Positions 1 through 9,848 of a stretch of 64,000 nucleotides of DNA are shown here, in pieces. The DNA is from an uncultured Gemmataceae bacterium. Lineage in GTDB: Bacteria > Planctomycetota > Planctomycetia > Gemmatales > Gemmataceae. A program made the translations under genes and the position numbers. Position 1 is the stretch's first letter; every line of letters begins with the position of its first letter. The notes below the pieces were generated by a model. The model did not search any database. It saw only the letters and a program-made list of their open reading frames with translations, and was not told the DNA's origin. The stretch lies in contig CAVVPN010000012.1 of assembly GCA_963750165.1 (NCBI GenBank), forward strand, positions 800,001 through 864,000, written 5' to 3'.

Positions 1-62
1 GAACTGTCCGAACTGCCGCTGGCCCGCCACTGGCTGGTCACGCGCGGCACAGGGGAGAAGAA

Positions 63-851
63 ATGAACCGCTTGCTCATCACCGCCGGCCTCGTCGTCGG
101 CCTGGTGGGGATTGCTTCCTCGCCCACGTCCACCGCGGTGGCCCAGAACGGCGCCGCCAACTGGGTCACCATCAAGGGCCGCATTATCTGGAAGGGTAAG
201 GCGCCCGAGCGCGAGAAGATCCCCGTCACCGCGGACAAGGCCCACTGCCTGTCCAAGGGCGATCTGTTGACCGAGGATTACCTGGTCAACCCCAAGAACG
301 GCGGCCTGGCCAACGTCTTCATCTGGCTGCTGCCCAAGACGGACGACGGCAAGTTGCCGATCCACCCGAAACTGCAGAACGTCAAGCTCAAGCCGGTGAT
401 GATGGATCAGCCGTGTTGCATGTTCGAGCCGCGCGCCATCGCCATCCGTGAGGGCCAGGTGGTCATCGCCAAGAACAGCGCCCCGGTGCCGCACAACGTG
501 CGCGTGACCGGCAACCCGGACGTGAACCCGGGCTGGAACCCGAGCCTGCCGTCGGGCGCGACCTATGAGTTGAACAAGCTGAAGGCGCAGAAGCTGCCGC
601 TGATGGTCGAGTGCAACATCCATCCGTGGATGCGCGCCCGCATCGGCGTCTTCAACCACCCGTACTTCGCGGTCACGGACGAGAACGGCAACTTCGAGAT
701 CAAGCTGGCGCCCAAGGGCGAGTATCGGCTGATGATCTACCACGAGAGCGGTTACCGCGGCGGCAAGGCCGGCAAGAACGGGATGCCGATCACCATCAAG
801 GGCGGTCAGACGCTGGACCTGGGCAAACTTGAGTTCAACGTCAAGAAGTAG
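63..851 (+). CDS. Exported cupredoxin-like protein with carboxypeptidase-regulatory-like C-terminal domain (paralog 1)
   Basis: Signal peptide (…AVAQ); DQPCCMFEP, PHNV and ECNIHPWM motifs; HPYFAVTDENGNFEI tail; purine-rich RBS upstream. Confidence 0.75.
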   Translation: MNRLLITAGLVVGLVGIASSPTSTAVAQNGAANWVTIKGRIIWKGKAPEREKIPVTADKAHCLSKGDLLTEDYLVNPKNGGLANVFIWLLPKTDDGKLPIHPKLQNVKLKPVMMDQPCCMFEPRAIAIREGQVVIAKNSAPVPHNVRVTGNPDVNPGWNPSLPSGATYELNKLKAQKLPLMVECNIHPWMRARIGVFNHPYFAVTDENGNFEIKLAPKGEYRLMIYHESGYRGGKAGKNGMPITIKGGQTLDLGKLEFNVKK

Positions 852-868
852 TGTAGCGGAGAAAGCCC

Positions 869-1657
869 ATGCAACGCTTCCTGATCGCCGCCGGCGTCGT
901 CGCCGTGCTGGCCGGACTGACCGCGACGCCCACGGCGCCTGTCAGCGCTCAGGTCAACAAGAACGACTGGGCGACCGTCAAGGGCCGCATCGTCTGGAAG
1001 AACGCCCCGCCGCGCGAGAAGATCGTGGTCAAGGTGAACAAACCGGACTGCCTGAGCAGGTCCGCCGACGGCAAAACCATTCTCGACGAGGAAATCGTGG
1101 TCAACCCCAAGAACAACGGGCTGGCCAACGTGGTGGTGTTTCTGTTGCCGAAGCAGGACGGCGGCCTGATCCCGCTGCACCCGGATTTGAAAGCCATCAA
1201 GAACAAGCAGGTGGTCATGGATCAGCCCTGCTGCATGTTCGAGCCGCGTGTCGTTGCCGTCCGCGAAGGGCAGGAGCTGGTCGTCAAGAACAGCGCCAAG
1301 ATTCTGCACAACGTCCGCTGGCTCGGCGAAATGGGCGTCAACAAGAGCGGCAACATCCTGCTGCCGCCTGGCCAACAGAAGGTCATCGAGGGGCTTAAGG
1401 TCCAGCGCGGGCCGCTCCTCGTCGAGTGCAACATTCACGGCTGGATGAAGGGCCGCATTGTCGTCTTCAACCACCCGTATTTCGCCGTCACCGACGAGAA
1501 CGGCAAGTTTGAAATCCCGAAGGCGCCCCAGGGCGAGTACCGGATCAAGTTCCTGCACGAACAGGGCTACCGCCTCGGCGCCAAGGGCAAGAACGGCCAG
1601 CCGATCACCATCAAGGGCGGCAAAACGCTGGACCTGGGTGATTTGCCTTTCCGGTGA
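869..1657 (+). CDS. Exported cupredoxin-like protein (paralog 2)
   Basis: Same length (262 aa) and motifs as paralog 1 (DQPCCMFEP, LHNV, ECNIHGWM); signal peptide; 17 bp after paralog 1. Confidence 0.75.
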   Translation: MQRFLIAAGVVAVLAGLTATPTAPVSAQVNKNDWATVKGRIVWKNAPPREKIVVKVNKPDCLSRSADGKTILDEEIVVNPKNNGLANVVVFLLPKQDGGLIPLHPDLKAIKNKQVVMDQPCCMFEPRVVAVREGQELVVKNSAKILHNVRWLGEMGVNKSGNILLPPGQQKVIEGLKVQRGPLLVECNIHGWMKGRIVVFNHPYFAVTDENGKFEIPKAPQGEYRIKFLHEQGYRLGAKGKNGQPITIKGGKTLDLGDLPFR

Positions 1658-1754
1658 GAGCCGGAGTTTTTGTGGGGCAGGCTTTCCAGCCTGCCGAACC
1701 GTTTCGTTAACTCTCAGGCTCGTCGTCCCGGCCTGTTTTTTCGGAGAACTGATA

Positions 1755-2642
1755 ATGCGTCGTTGGTGGAGTGTGGGGGCGATGGTGCTGGTGCCGGCGC
1801 TGGCGTGTGTGCTGCTGGCCGGCTGCGGCGAGGAAGGCGGCCCGCCGCGGCGCATGGGCACCGGCCCGAGCACGCAGGGCAATGAAGCCGGCAAGGGCAG
1901 CAGCGGGCCGGCCAAGGAGGCGGCCTCGACCGGCTGGGCCAAAATCAGGGGCCACGTCGTCTACCAGGGCACTGCGCCGGTGATGGCGTTCATCGACGCC
2001 ATCCGCAAACACGAGGACCGCAGCGTTTGTGAGGCCGGCACCGACCGTGAGAAAAGCGAGCAGACCTGGATCGTCGGCCCCGACGGCAGCGTCGCCAACG
2101 CCGTCCTCTGGCTGCAGCCGCCGGAGAACACCTTCTTCAAGATCAAGGACGACATGAAGAAGCCGGCAGATGTCAAGCTGCATCAACCGCACTGCGCCTA
2201 CATGCCGCACGCGGTCGCGCTGTTCCCCAAGTACATCGACAAGGACACCGGCACCATGAAATTGACCGGTCAGGTGCTGGAAATCCTCAACGATTCGCCC
2301 ATCAACCACAACGCCAAGATGAAGGTCGGCGGCCGCGACCTCAATCAGAACATCGAACACGGCAAGAGCATCACCCTGTCCAAACTTGACCCGACCGACG
2401 AGCCGATCAAGGTCGAGTGCTCCATTCACAACTGGATGAACGCCTACATCTGGGCGTTCGATCATCCCTATTTCGCGGTCACCAGGGACGACGGCAATTT
2501 CGAGATCGTCGTGCCCGCCGGCATTCCGGTCACGCTCATGGGCTGGCACGAGCAGCGCAAGGACTGGGGCCCCATCGCCACCCTGACTCTCAAGGATGGT
2601 GAAGAGCGGGACCTGAACAACATCGAGATTTCCGCCCGGTAA
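1755..2642 (+). CDS. Lipoprotein cupredoxin-like protein (paralog 3)
   Basis: ATG at 1755 after GGAGA; lipobox LLAGC; HQPHCAYMP, NHNA, ECSIHNWM, DHPYFAVT motifs. Confidence 0.72.
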   Translation: MRRWWSVGAMVLVPALACVLLAGCGEEGGPPRRMGTGPSTQGNEAGKGSSGPAKEAASTGWAKIRGHVVYQGTAPVMAFIDAIRKHEDRSVCEAGTDREKSEQTWIVGPDGSVANAVLWLQPPENTFFKIKDDMKKPADVKLHQPHCAYMPHAVALFPKYIDKDTGTMKLTGQVLEILNDSPINHNAKMKVGGRDLNQNIEHGKSITLSKLDPTDEPIKVECSIHNWMNAYIWAFDHPYFAVTRDDGNFEIVVPAGIPVTLMGWHEQRKDWGPIATLTLKDGEERDLNNIEISAR

Positions 2643-2661
2643 TTGGACAATCCAAGTCCGG

Positions 2662-2767
2662 CGAGCGTGGTCGCGTCAGCGCCCCGTGGGCGCCGCATGT
2701 GGGCGCTGCACGAGGCGCTGACGCGACCACGCTCGGCTCCCACGGGGCGCTGACGCGACCCTGCTCA
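2662..2767. repeat. REP-like palindromic cluster
   Basis: CGAGCGTGGTCGCGTCAGCGCC (2662-2683) inverted at 2714-2735, with a further inverted partial copy at 2739-2760. Confidence 0.8.
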
Positions 2768-2944
2768 CCTTCTTCTTGCCGGCACAACCGCTACGACCGA
2801 TCCGCCCTCTTTTCCCATCGCAGGCCGCCACGCCATCGCCCCTTGGCGCCGGCGGCGTCTGCGGCGTAACGTGGTTACCGTGGGAGTTTGCGCCCGCGGA
2901 GCGGGCGTCGGGTCGGATAGCAACCTCTCTCGCCGGACACGCCG

Positions 2945-4006
2945 ATGCCCTCGACCGACGATTGGTACGTGCGCCTGCCGGACGGCAGTGTGGTCCACGC
3001 GAACAGCAGCGCCGCGGTGCGCCACCACCTCGAAACCGGCCGGCTGCCGCGCGACGTGCAGGTGCGGCGCTCGCCGCGCGAACCCTGGGCCGCCCTGGAC
3101 CGCTTCGACGTGTTCGCTGACCTGGCCCCCACACGATCACGCCCACCGGGCCGGGGCGGCGATAACCTCCCCGGCGCCCACCCCAACCTGGACCTGGAAG
3201 CGATTGGCGTCCGCGGCTTCGTGGAGCGCCTGTGGACGGCCACGGATGCGGCGCTGCAGCCGACGCGGTTGGGGCCGGCGGCACTGGCGGGCGGCGGTCT
3301 CGGCGTGGCGGTCGCGGTGGCCGGGCTGGCGAGGCTGCTGGCGGCGCCATGGTCGGTGCTGACGCCGGTCGCGGCAGCCCTGGCGGCGTGGCTGCTGCAG
3401 GGCTGGGCAGTGGTGGTGCTATCACGACTGACATTCCTGGAGCTGGCGCAGCTGCGGCCGGCCGCGTGGCGCGAGGCGACCGCTGGCCTCGGTGACCGCT
3501 TGACGCAGTGCCTGCTGGCGCAGCTGCTGCTGGCAGCGCCGGTCGGCGGCGTGCTGACGCTGCTGCGGCTGCCGTGGACGGTGGCGGTCGAGGAGCCGGC
3601 GTGGCTGGGACCGGCCCTGGCGGCGGCGGGTGTGGCCCTACGGCTGGTGCTGGAGGCGATGTTGTGGCTGCTGCTGGGGTTGGGGCTGCTGCTCACCCCA
3701 GTGGTGGTCGTCGAGGAGTGCCCCGCGTCGCAGGCGCTGCGGCAGTGGTGGGCGCTGCTGCGGCAGCACCCGGGGCGCGTGGTCGTGTACGAGGGGCTGG
3801 CGCTGGTGTGGGCGCTGGCGCTGGCGCTGCCGTTGCTGCTGGCGGTGGCTGTCGCTGCCGGGTTGGTCGGGACGGCAGCACCAGCGGCAGCGGCGACACT
3901 GGCCGTCCTCACGGGCCTGGCGCTGGCGCCGGCGCTGGCGTTCCTGGCCGTGGCCAATGTGTGCCTCTATGTGAACCTGCGCTACGAGAGTCCGACGAGG
4001 GAGTGA
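2945..4006 (+). CDS. Multi-pass membrane protein with short N-terminal GYF_2-like (DUF4339-like) domain
   Basis: N-terminal WYVRLPDG…V…W motif followed by several Leu/Ala-rich hydrophobic segments. Confidence 0.6.
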   Translation: MPSTDDWYVRLPDGSVVHANSSAAVRHHLETGRLPRDVQVRRSPREPWAALDRFDVFADLAPTRSRPPGRGGDNLPGAHPNLDLEAIGVRGFVERLWTATDAALQPTRLGPAALAGGGLGVAVAVAGLARLLAAPWSVLTPVAAALAAWLLQGWAVVVLSRLTFLELAQLRPAAWREATAGLGDRLTQCLLAQLLLAAPVGGVLTLLRLPWTVAVEEPAWLGPALAAAGVALRLVLEAMLWLLLGLGLLLTPVVVVEECPASQALRQWWALLRQHPGRVVVYEGLALVWALALALPLLLAVAVAAGLVGTAAPAAAATLAVLTGLALAPALAFLAVANVCLYVNLRYESPTRE

Positions 4007-4016
4007 GCGCATACGT

Positions 4017-6722
4017 TCAGGTGGTCCGATTCCCAAACGCCTCGCCGGAACCCAGGATCTCGGCGAGCACCGTCTGGTCCGTGTTCTTGCCCTGCAGCGA
4101 CGCGACGAAGCCGCTCAGGCCGTCGGCGTCCGGCTGCCGGCCCAGCAGGTTCTGATAGTCGCCGGTCACCAGGTCCGACAGGTACTCGGTCGAGCCGAAC
4201 ACCGCGGCGGCCACCTGGGTGCGCGTCTGGCTACCCAGCACCTGCTGCCAGGCGTTCAACTCGTCCATGCCGGGCGTGCGGTTCAGGGTGTCGGCGTACA
4301 GCGCGTCCAGGAAGCCCTCGTTCGTGCTGCCGTGCAGCGCGAAATACTCCTGCGAACCGACCACGAATGCCTCCACCTGCTCCACCGTGAAGCTGCCCAG
4401 CAGGCCGACGAAGCTTTGCTGCTCCTGAGGGTTGGCGGCGCGGTGCAGGAAGTGCTCGAAAATGTTTTGCACCATGTCGCCGCGATACTCGGGGCTGGCC
4501 TCAATGTCCTGGATGACGGTGATGGTGGAACCGCCCTGGTTGAGGAACGCGACCCAGCCGGCGGCGCCGGGGTCGGCGACGCGGTTCAGCAGCACCTCGT
4601 AGACGTTCTCGACGAACACCGTGTTGGCGCTGGCGTTGGCCGCGTACTGCGGCTCGTAGGCGCCGATGCTCAGGTTGGTGTGGCCGTTGCCCGGCCGCGG
4701 GAAGCCGCGCGCGTCCGTGGTCGCGGCCCCCGGGCTGACACCGTTGCCGATGGCGGTACTGCCCGGCAGCAGGGCCTCGGTCAGCAGCACCTGGCCGAAG
4801 CCGGTCAGGCCGACCGCCGGGCCGCCGTTGTCCTCCAGCGGCCCGAGCTTGGGGTTGCCCGTGAGCGAGAAGGGGTTGAGGCCGAGGGCGCCGGTGAAGT
4901 TGCCGATGAAGTTGCCGCCGTGGTCCATGGCGCCGGTGGTGGCGAGGATGTCGGGGTCGCTGGCGGCGGTGTTCAGCGCGACGATCGTGTTCTCAAACAT
5001 GTACGTGCTCATGTTCGTCTGCAGGAACACGCCGCCCCCCATCTGGCCGGCGTGGTTGCCGTTGATGGTGTCGTTGAGGAAGCTCAGCGTCTCACCGCCG
5101 TTGTCCGCCACGGCGCCGCCGTTGACCCCCGCGGTGTTGCCGGTAAACGTGTCGTTGGTCAGTGACGTGGTGGGCGGGTTCATCGACGTGCCGGGGGTGT
5201 TCAGGTAAACGGCACCGCCCAGGCTGCCGGCCTGGTTGTTGGCGAAGGTGCTGCCCGTGATGGTCACCGGCATCAGAACGAAGGAGTTGACGGCGCCGCC
5301 CAGGTCGGTCGCGTAGTTGCCGAGGAACTCGGAACTGTTGATGGTCAGTGTCCCGGAAGCGTGGTCGATGGCGCCGCCGTTGCCGACGGGCGCGTTGATG
5401 GCGGCGTTGTTCAGGAACAGGCTGTTGTTGATGGTGACGGCGTTGCCGCCCGCGATGTCCAGGCCGCCGCCGTTGCCGCCGGTCGGGTTGCCGACGGCGC
5501 GGTTGTTGTCCACCTCGCAGGCCGTCAGGGTCAGCGTGGTGCCGCTCTCCTCGATGCCGCCGCCGGACTCCGCGGTGTTCTCGGTGAAGCGCGTGTCGGT
5601 GATCGTCGTCGTGCCGCCCGTCAGGTCCAGGCCGCCGCCGAGGCCGCCCGCCGTGTTGTCCGCGAACAGGCAGCCGCTGATGGTGGTCGTCGTGCCGGCG
5701 CCGCCGGCCTGGACGCCGCCGCCGTTCGTCAGCGCCGTGTTGCTGATGAACTGGTCGTTGACCAGGGTGACGTTGGCGGTCAGGTTCTCGTCGCCGAAGC
5801 CGCCGCCGGTCGTGCCCGAGTAGTTGTCGCGCACCGTCGTGCTGGTGATCGTCACGGCGCCGTTGCCGGCCACGCCCAGGGCGCCGGTGGCGCCGTTGAA
5901 GGCCATGTTGCGGTTGACCAGCGAGTTGCTCAGCGCCAGCGTGGCGCTGACGTTGTTGATGACGTCGAGCCAGACGGCGGCGCCCTGGTTGACGCAGACG
6001 TTGCCGGTCAACTCACTGTTGTTGATGATGACGTGGCCCTGGCCGATGGTGTCGATGCCGCCGCCCGCGTCGCCGGCCCGGTTGTCCGTGACGGTGCTGC
6101 CGTTGAGAGTCAGCGTCCAGGGGGTGTTGACGGTGTTCTGCATGAGGATGCCGCCGCCGGCCCCCGAGGCGACGTTGTTGAGCACGGCGCAGCCGTCCAG
6201 CTCCAGGCTGGCGTCGCCGGTGTCCTGGATGGCGCCGCCACCGACGATGTTGCCGCCCTGGGCGCCGGCGATGCCGTGCTGCAGCACCAGGCCCTGCAGT
6301 GTCACCTTGAACGCGGGCGTATTGGCCGGGTGGTTGGGGTCGAAGGTCGGGTTGATGTCGAAGATGCGATCCAGGTTGTTGCCGTCCACCGTGACACTGC
6401 CGCCGCTGGTGTTGGCGATGGTCAGGTTACCGCCGCCGGCCAGGATGTCGAAGTCGCCGGTCTTGTTGGCGTCCTCGTTGGCGCCCGGGAGGGTGATCTT
6501 GTAGGTGCCGGGGACGGTCAGGTTGATGGTGTTGCCGCCGGGCGTGGCGTTGGCGGCGCTGATGGCGGAGCGCAGGGTGACGGTGCCGGCCGGCGGGTTG
6601 AGGAGGTCGGCGGTGCTGTTGACGTTGAAGACCGCGGGCACGGCCCGCGCCTCCAGCGCCTCCACGGACAGGGTGGCGCGGCGGGGCTTGCTCGTGGTGC
6701 GGCTGCGGAACAGGCGGAACAT
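4017..6722 (-). CDS. Planctomycete surface protein: export motif, CSLREA-like start, beta-helix repeats, choice-of-anchor-Q-like segment, DUF4214-like C-terminus (copy 1)
   Basis: RRATLSVEALEARAVPA; VNSTAD…TLRSAI; many GGAI/FxxNxA repeats; LGPLEDNGG…ALLPGSTAIG…DARG…IGAYE; Y..LL.R..D..G repeats. Confidence 0.85.
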   Translation of the reverse strand: MFRLFRSRTTSKPRRATLSVEALEARAVPAVFNVNSTADLLNPPAGTVTLRSAISAANATPGGNTINLTVPGTYKITLPGANEDANKTGDFDILAGGGNLTIANTSGGSVTVDGNNLDRIFDINPTFDPNHPANTPAFKVTLQGLVLQHGIAGAQGGNIVGGGAIQDTGDASLELDGCAVLNNVASGAGGGILMQNTVNTPWTLTLNGSTVTDNRAGDAGGGIDTIGQGHVIINNSELTGNVCVNQGAAVWLDVINNVSATLALSNSLVNRNMAFNGATGALGVAGNGAVTITSTTVRDNYSGTTGGGFGDENLTANVTLVNDQFISNTALTNGGGVQAGGAGTTTTISGCLFADNTAGGLGGGLDLTGGTTTITDTRFTENTAESGGGIEESGTTLTLTACEVDNNRAVGNPTGGNGGGLDIAGGNAVTINNSLFLNNAAINAPVGNGGAIDHASGTLTINSSEFLGNYATDLGGAVNSFVLMPVTITGSTFANNQAGSLGGAVYLNTPGTSMNPPTTSLTNDTFTGNTAGVNGGAVADNGGETLSFLNDTINGNHAGQMGGGVFLQTNMSTYMFENTIVALNTAASDPDILATTGAMDHGGNFIGNFTGALGLNPFSLTGNPKLGPLEDNGGPAVGLTGFGQVLLTEALLPGSTAIGNGVSPGAATTDARGFPRPGNGHTNLSIGAYEPQYAANASANTVFVENVYEVLLNRVADPGAAGWVAFLNQGGSTITVIQDIEASPEYRGDMVQNIFEHFLHRAANPQEQQSFVGLLGSFTVEQVEAFVVGSQEYFALHGSTNEGFLDALYADTLNRTPGMDELNAWQQVLGSQTRTQVAAAVFGSTEYLSDLVTGDYQNLLGRQPDADGLSGFVASLQGKNTDQTVLAEILGSGEAFGNRTT

Positions 6723-6795
6723 GGTTGATGCTTCCTGGGAAATCGGTGTGTTGGGATGGTGGTTGGCTGATCGTGCTTACTCGGTCTCCCCTACT

Positions 6796-6866
6796 GCCGG
6801 CGAGCGGAGGGCGTGAGCCCCGAGGGGCAGCGTCCCTCGGGGGGCTCACGCCCTCCGCTCGCCGGC
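6796..6866. repeat. Long GC-rich REP-like hairpin between surface-protein genes
   Basis: GCCGGCGAGCGGAGGGCGTGAGCCCC … GGGGCTCACGCCCTCCGCTCGCCGGC inverted arms. Confidence 0.8.
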
Positions 6867-6886
6867 GGGGGGTATCCTGGGCGTGC

Positions 6887-9793
6887 TCAGGTGGTACGGT
6901 CGCCGAACGCCTCGCCGGAGCCGAGGATGTCGGCCAGCACGGACTGGTCGGTGTTCTTGCCCTGCAGCGACTTGACGAAACCACTCAGGCCGTCGGAGTC
7001 CGGCTGCCGGCCCAGCAGGTTCTGATAGTCGCCGGTCACCAGGTCCGACAGGTACTCGGCCGAGCCGAAGAACTGTGACGCCGCCTGCGTCCGAGACTCA
7101 CTCCCCAGCAGCTGCAGCCAGCCGGTGGTCTCGCCCGCAACAGGGGCGCGGCCCAGGGCGTCCTCGTACACCGCGTCGAGGAAGCCCTCGTTGGTGCTGC
7201 CGTGCAGCGCGAAATATTCCTGCGAACCGACCACGAACGCCTGCACTTGCTCCACCGAGAAGCTGCCCAGCAGGCCGACGAAGTTCTGCTGCTCCTGGCT
7301 GTTGGCGGTGCGGTGCAGGTAGCGCTGGAAGATCTGCTGCACCTGGTCGCCGCGGTACTCGGGGCTGGCCTCAATGTCCTGGACGACGGTGACGGTGGAA
7401 CCGCCCTGTTTGAGGAACGTGACCCAGCCGGCGGCGCCCGGGTCGGTCACGCGGTTGAGCAGCACCTCGTAAATGCTCTCGACGAACACCGTGTTGGCGT
7501 CGGCGTTGGCCGCGTACTGCGGCTCAAAGGCGCCGATGCTCGGGTTGGTGCGGCCGCCGGCCGTCCGGCCGAAGCCACGCGCGTCGGTGTTCGAGGCGCC
7601 CACCAGGATGCCGGTGCCGATGGCGGGGCTGCCGGGCAGCAGCGCCTCCGTCAGCAGCACCTGGCCGGAGCCGGGCAGGCCGACGAACGGGCCGCCGTTG
7701 TCCTCCAGCGGGCCGACCTTCGGGTTGCCGGTCAGCGTGTTCACGCCAAAACCGGAGGAGCCGGCCAGGTTGCCGATGAAGTTGCCGCCGTTGTCGGTGA
7801 AGTGGACGCCGTTGGCGGCGATGTCCGGGTCCATCGGCGCCGTGTTCAGGGCGATGATGGTGTTCTGCACGACGAAGCCCTGGCCGCCGCCGCCGTGCGG
7901 GAAGGTAAGCAGGCCGGCCCCCATGCTGGTGGACGTGTTGCCGGTGATGGTGTCGTTCAGCAGCGTCGTCACCCCCGACGCCTGAATGTTCAGGCCGCCG
8001 CTGTTGCCCGTGAAGGTGTCGCTGGTCAGCGTCACCGTCTGGCTATCGACAACGACCAGCGTGGCGTTTTGGCTCGCGTTGCCGTTGAACGTGCTCGCCG
8101 TCACCGTCAGGGTGGCCCCCCCGAAGAACAGCGCCCCATCGTCGCCGGTGTTGGCGGTGAACTGCGAGGCGGTCACGGTCAGAATGCCGACGGGCTGGTA
8201 GATGGCGCCGCCAGTCCCGTTGCCGCCGCGGGCATCGTTCTCGACGAACAGGCTGTTGGCGACGGTGAGCGGCCCCGTGACCTCCGCGTCGATGGCGCCG
8301 CCGCTGCCGCCCATGCCGGCGTTGTTGCCGACGGCCTGGTTCGCCTCGAACAGACAGGCCGTGACAGTCAGGGGGCTGGCCTGGTCCTCGATACCGCCGC
8401 CCATGTTGGCCTGGTTGGCCTGGAACAGCGAGCCGGACACGGTCGCCGTCGGGCTGCCGACGAGCAGGCCGCCGCCGTTGCCCATCGCCGTGTTGCCCAC
8501 GAAGTACGTGCCGATGATGGTCGTCTGCGGCCCGCCCTCCTGGATGCCGCCGCCGTCGGTGAACGCCGTGTTGTCCAGGAACAGGCTGTTGACCACCGTG
8601 AGCGTGCCCAGGTTGTTCTCGTCGCCGAAGCCGCCGCCGGTGCCGCCGCTGAAGTTGTGCTCCACCGTGCTGTTGGCGATGACCACGGCGCCGGTGCCGG
8701 CGTTGCCGATGCCGCCGCCAAAATTGTCCGCCGCGATGGCCGTGTTGTCGCTGAAGACGGCGCCGCTGATGGTCAGGTTGGCCGTCACCGGCGTCAGCGT
8801 GGCACTGGCGTCCGCCCCCGAACCGCCGCCGCCGGTGAAGGTGATGGTCGGCGGCGTCAGGTAGCCGCTGCCGGGGTTGGTGATGTTCACCGCCGTGACC
8901 ATGCCGTTGGTGATGTCGGCGGTGCCGGTGGCCGTGGTGCCGCCGGCCGGCGGGGCGCTGAAGGTGACGGTCGGCGCCGTGGTGTAGTTGGTGCCGCCGG
9001 CGTTGACGGTGACCGCGAAGACGGTGTTCTGGCCGACGCCGTCGAGCCAGATGCCGGCGCCCTGGTTGACCGAGGTGTTGCCGGTGATGACGGTGCCGGA
9101 GTTGATGAAGATCTTGCCCTGGCCGTCCTCGTCGATGCCGCCGCCGGCGTCGCCGGCGTGGTTGTTACTGATGACGCTGCTGTTGACCGTCAGCGTCCAC
9201 GGCACGTTCACCGTGTTCTCGAAGACGACGCCGCCGCCGTCGGCGGTGGCGCTGTTGTTGAAGATGGCCATGCCGTTCAGCGTCAGGCTGGCGCGGCCGT
9301 TGTCGCGGATGCCGCCGCCGCTGGAGGTGCCGCCGTCCGGGTTCATCGGGTCGGAGGCGATGCCGCCGGTGATGGAGAAGCCCTGCATGGTCACGGTGAA
9401 CGGCGTGTCGGCGAGGGTGGGGTTGATGTCGAAGACGCGGTCGATGCCGTTGCCGTCCACGGTGACGCTGCCGCCGCTGGTGTTGACGATATTCAGGTTG
9501 CCGCCGCTGGCCAGGATGTCGAAATCGCCCGTGGCGTTGTTGTCCTCGTTGGCGCCGGGGAGGGTGATCTTGTAGGTGCCGGGTGCGGTCAGGTTGATGG
9601 TGTTGCCGCCGGGTGTGGCGTTGGCCTGCTCGATGGCCGAGCGCAGCGTCACGGTGCCGGCCGGCGGGCTGAGGAGATCTGCGGTGCTGTTGACGTTGAA
9701 GACGGCGGGCACGGCCCGCGCCTCCAGCGCCTCCACCGACAGGGTGGCGCGGCGGGACTTGTTCGTGGTGCGGGTGCGGAACAGTCGGAACAT
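6887..9793 (-). CDS. Planctomycete surface protein, beta-helix/DUF4214-like (copy 2)
   Basis: Same architecture and near-identical N- and C-termini as copy 1; carries an extra ~78 aa insert. Confidence 0.85.
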   Translation of the reverse strand: MFRLFRTRTTNKSRRATLSVEALEARAVPAVFNVNSTADLLSPPAGTVTLRSAIEQANATPGGNTINLTAPGTYKITLPGANEDNNATGDFDILASGGNLNIVNTSGGSVTVDGNGIDRVFDINPTLADTPFTVTMQGFSITGGIASDPMNPDGGTSSGGGIRDNGRASLTLNGMAIFNNSATADGGGVVFENTVNVPWTLTVNSSVISNNHAGDAGGGIDEDGQGKIFINSGTVITGNTSVNQGAGIWLDGVGQNTVFAVTVNAGGTNYTTAPTVTFSAPPAGGTTATGTADITNGMVTAVNITNPGSGYLTPPTITFTGGGGSGADASATLTPVTANLTISGAVFSDNTAIAADNFGGGIGNAGTGAVVIANSTVEHNFSGGTGGGFGDENNLGTLTVVNSLFLDNTAFTDGGGIQEGGPQTTIIGTYFVGNTAMGNGGGLLVGSPTATVSGSLFQANQANMGGGIEDQASPLTVTACLFEANQAVGNNAGMGGSGGAIDAEVTGPLTVANSLFVENDARGGNGTGGAIYQPVGILTVTASQFTANTGDDGALFFGGATLTVTASTFNGNASQNATLVVVDSQTVTLTSDTFTGNSGGLNIQASGVTTLLNDTITGNTSTSMGAGLLTFPHGGGGQGFVVQNTIIALNTAPMDPDIAANGVHFTDNGGNFIGNLAGSSGFGVNTLTGNPKVGPLEDNGGPFVGLPGSGQVLLTEALLPGSPAIGTGILVGASNTDARGFGRTAGGRTNPSIGAFEPQYAANADANTVFVESIYEVLLNRVTDPGAAGWVTFLKQGGSTVTVVQDIEASPEYRGDQVQQIFQRYLHRTANSQEQQNFVGLLGSFSVEQVQAFVVGSQEYFALHGSTNEGFLDAVYEDALGRAPVAGETTGWLQLLGSESRTQAASQFFGSAEYLSDLVTGDYQNLLGRQPDSDGLSGFVKSLQGKNTDQSVLADILGSGEAFGDRTT

Positions 9794-9848
9794 GGTCGAT
9801 TCTCCCTGGAAAAATGGGTTCGTTGGGTTGGGTTGGTTGCGGTTGTGC

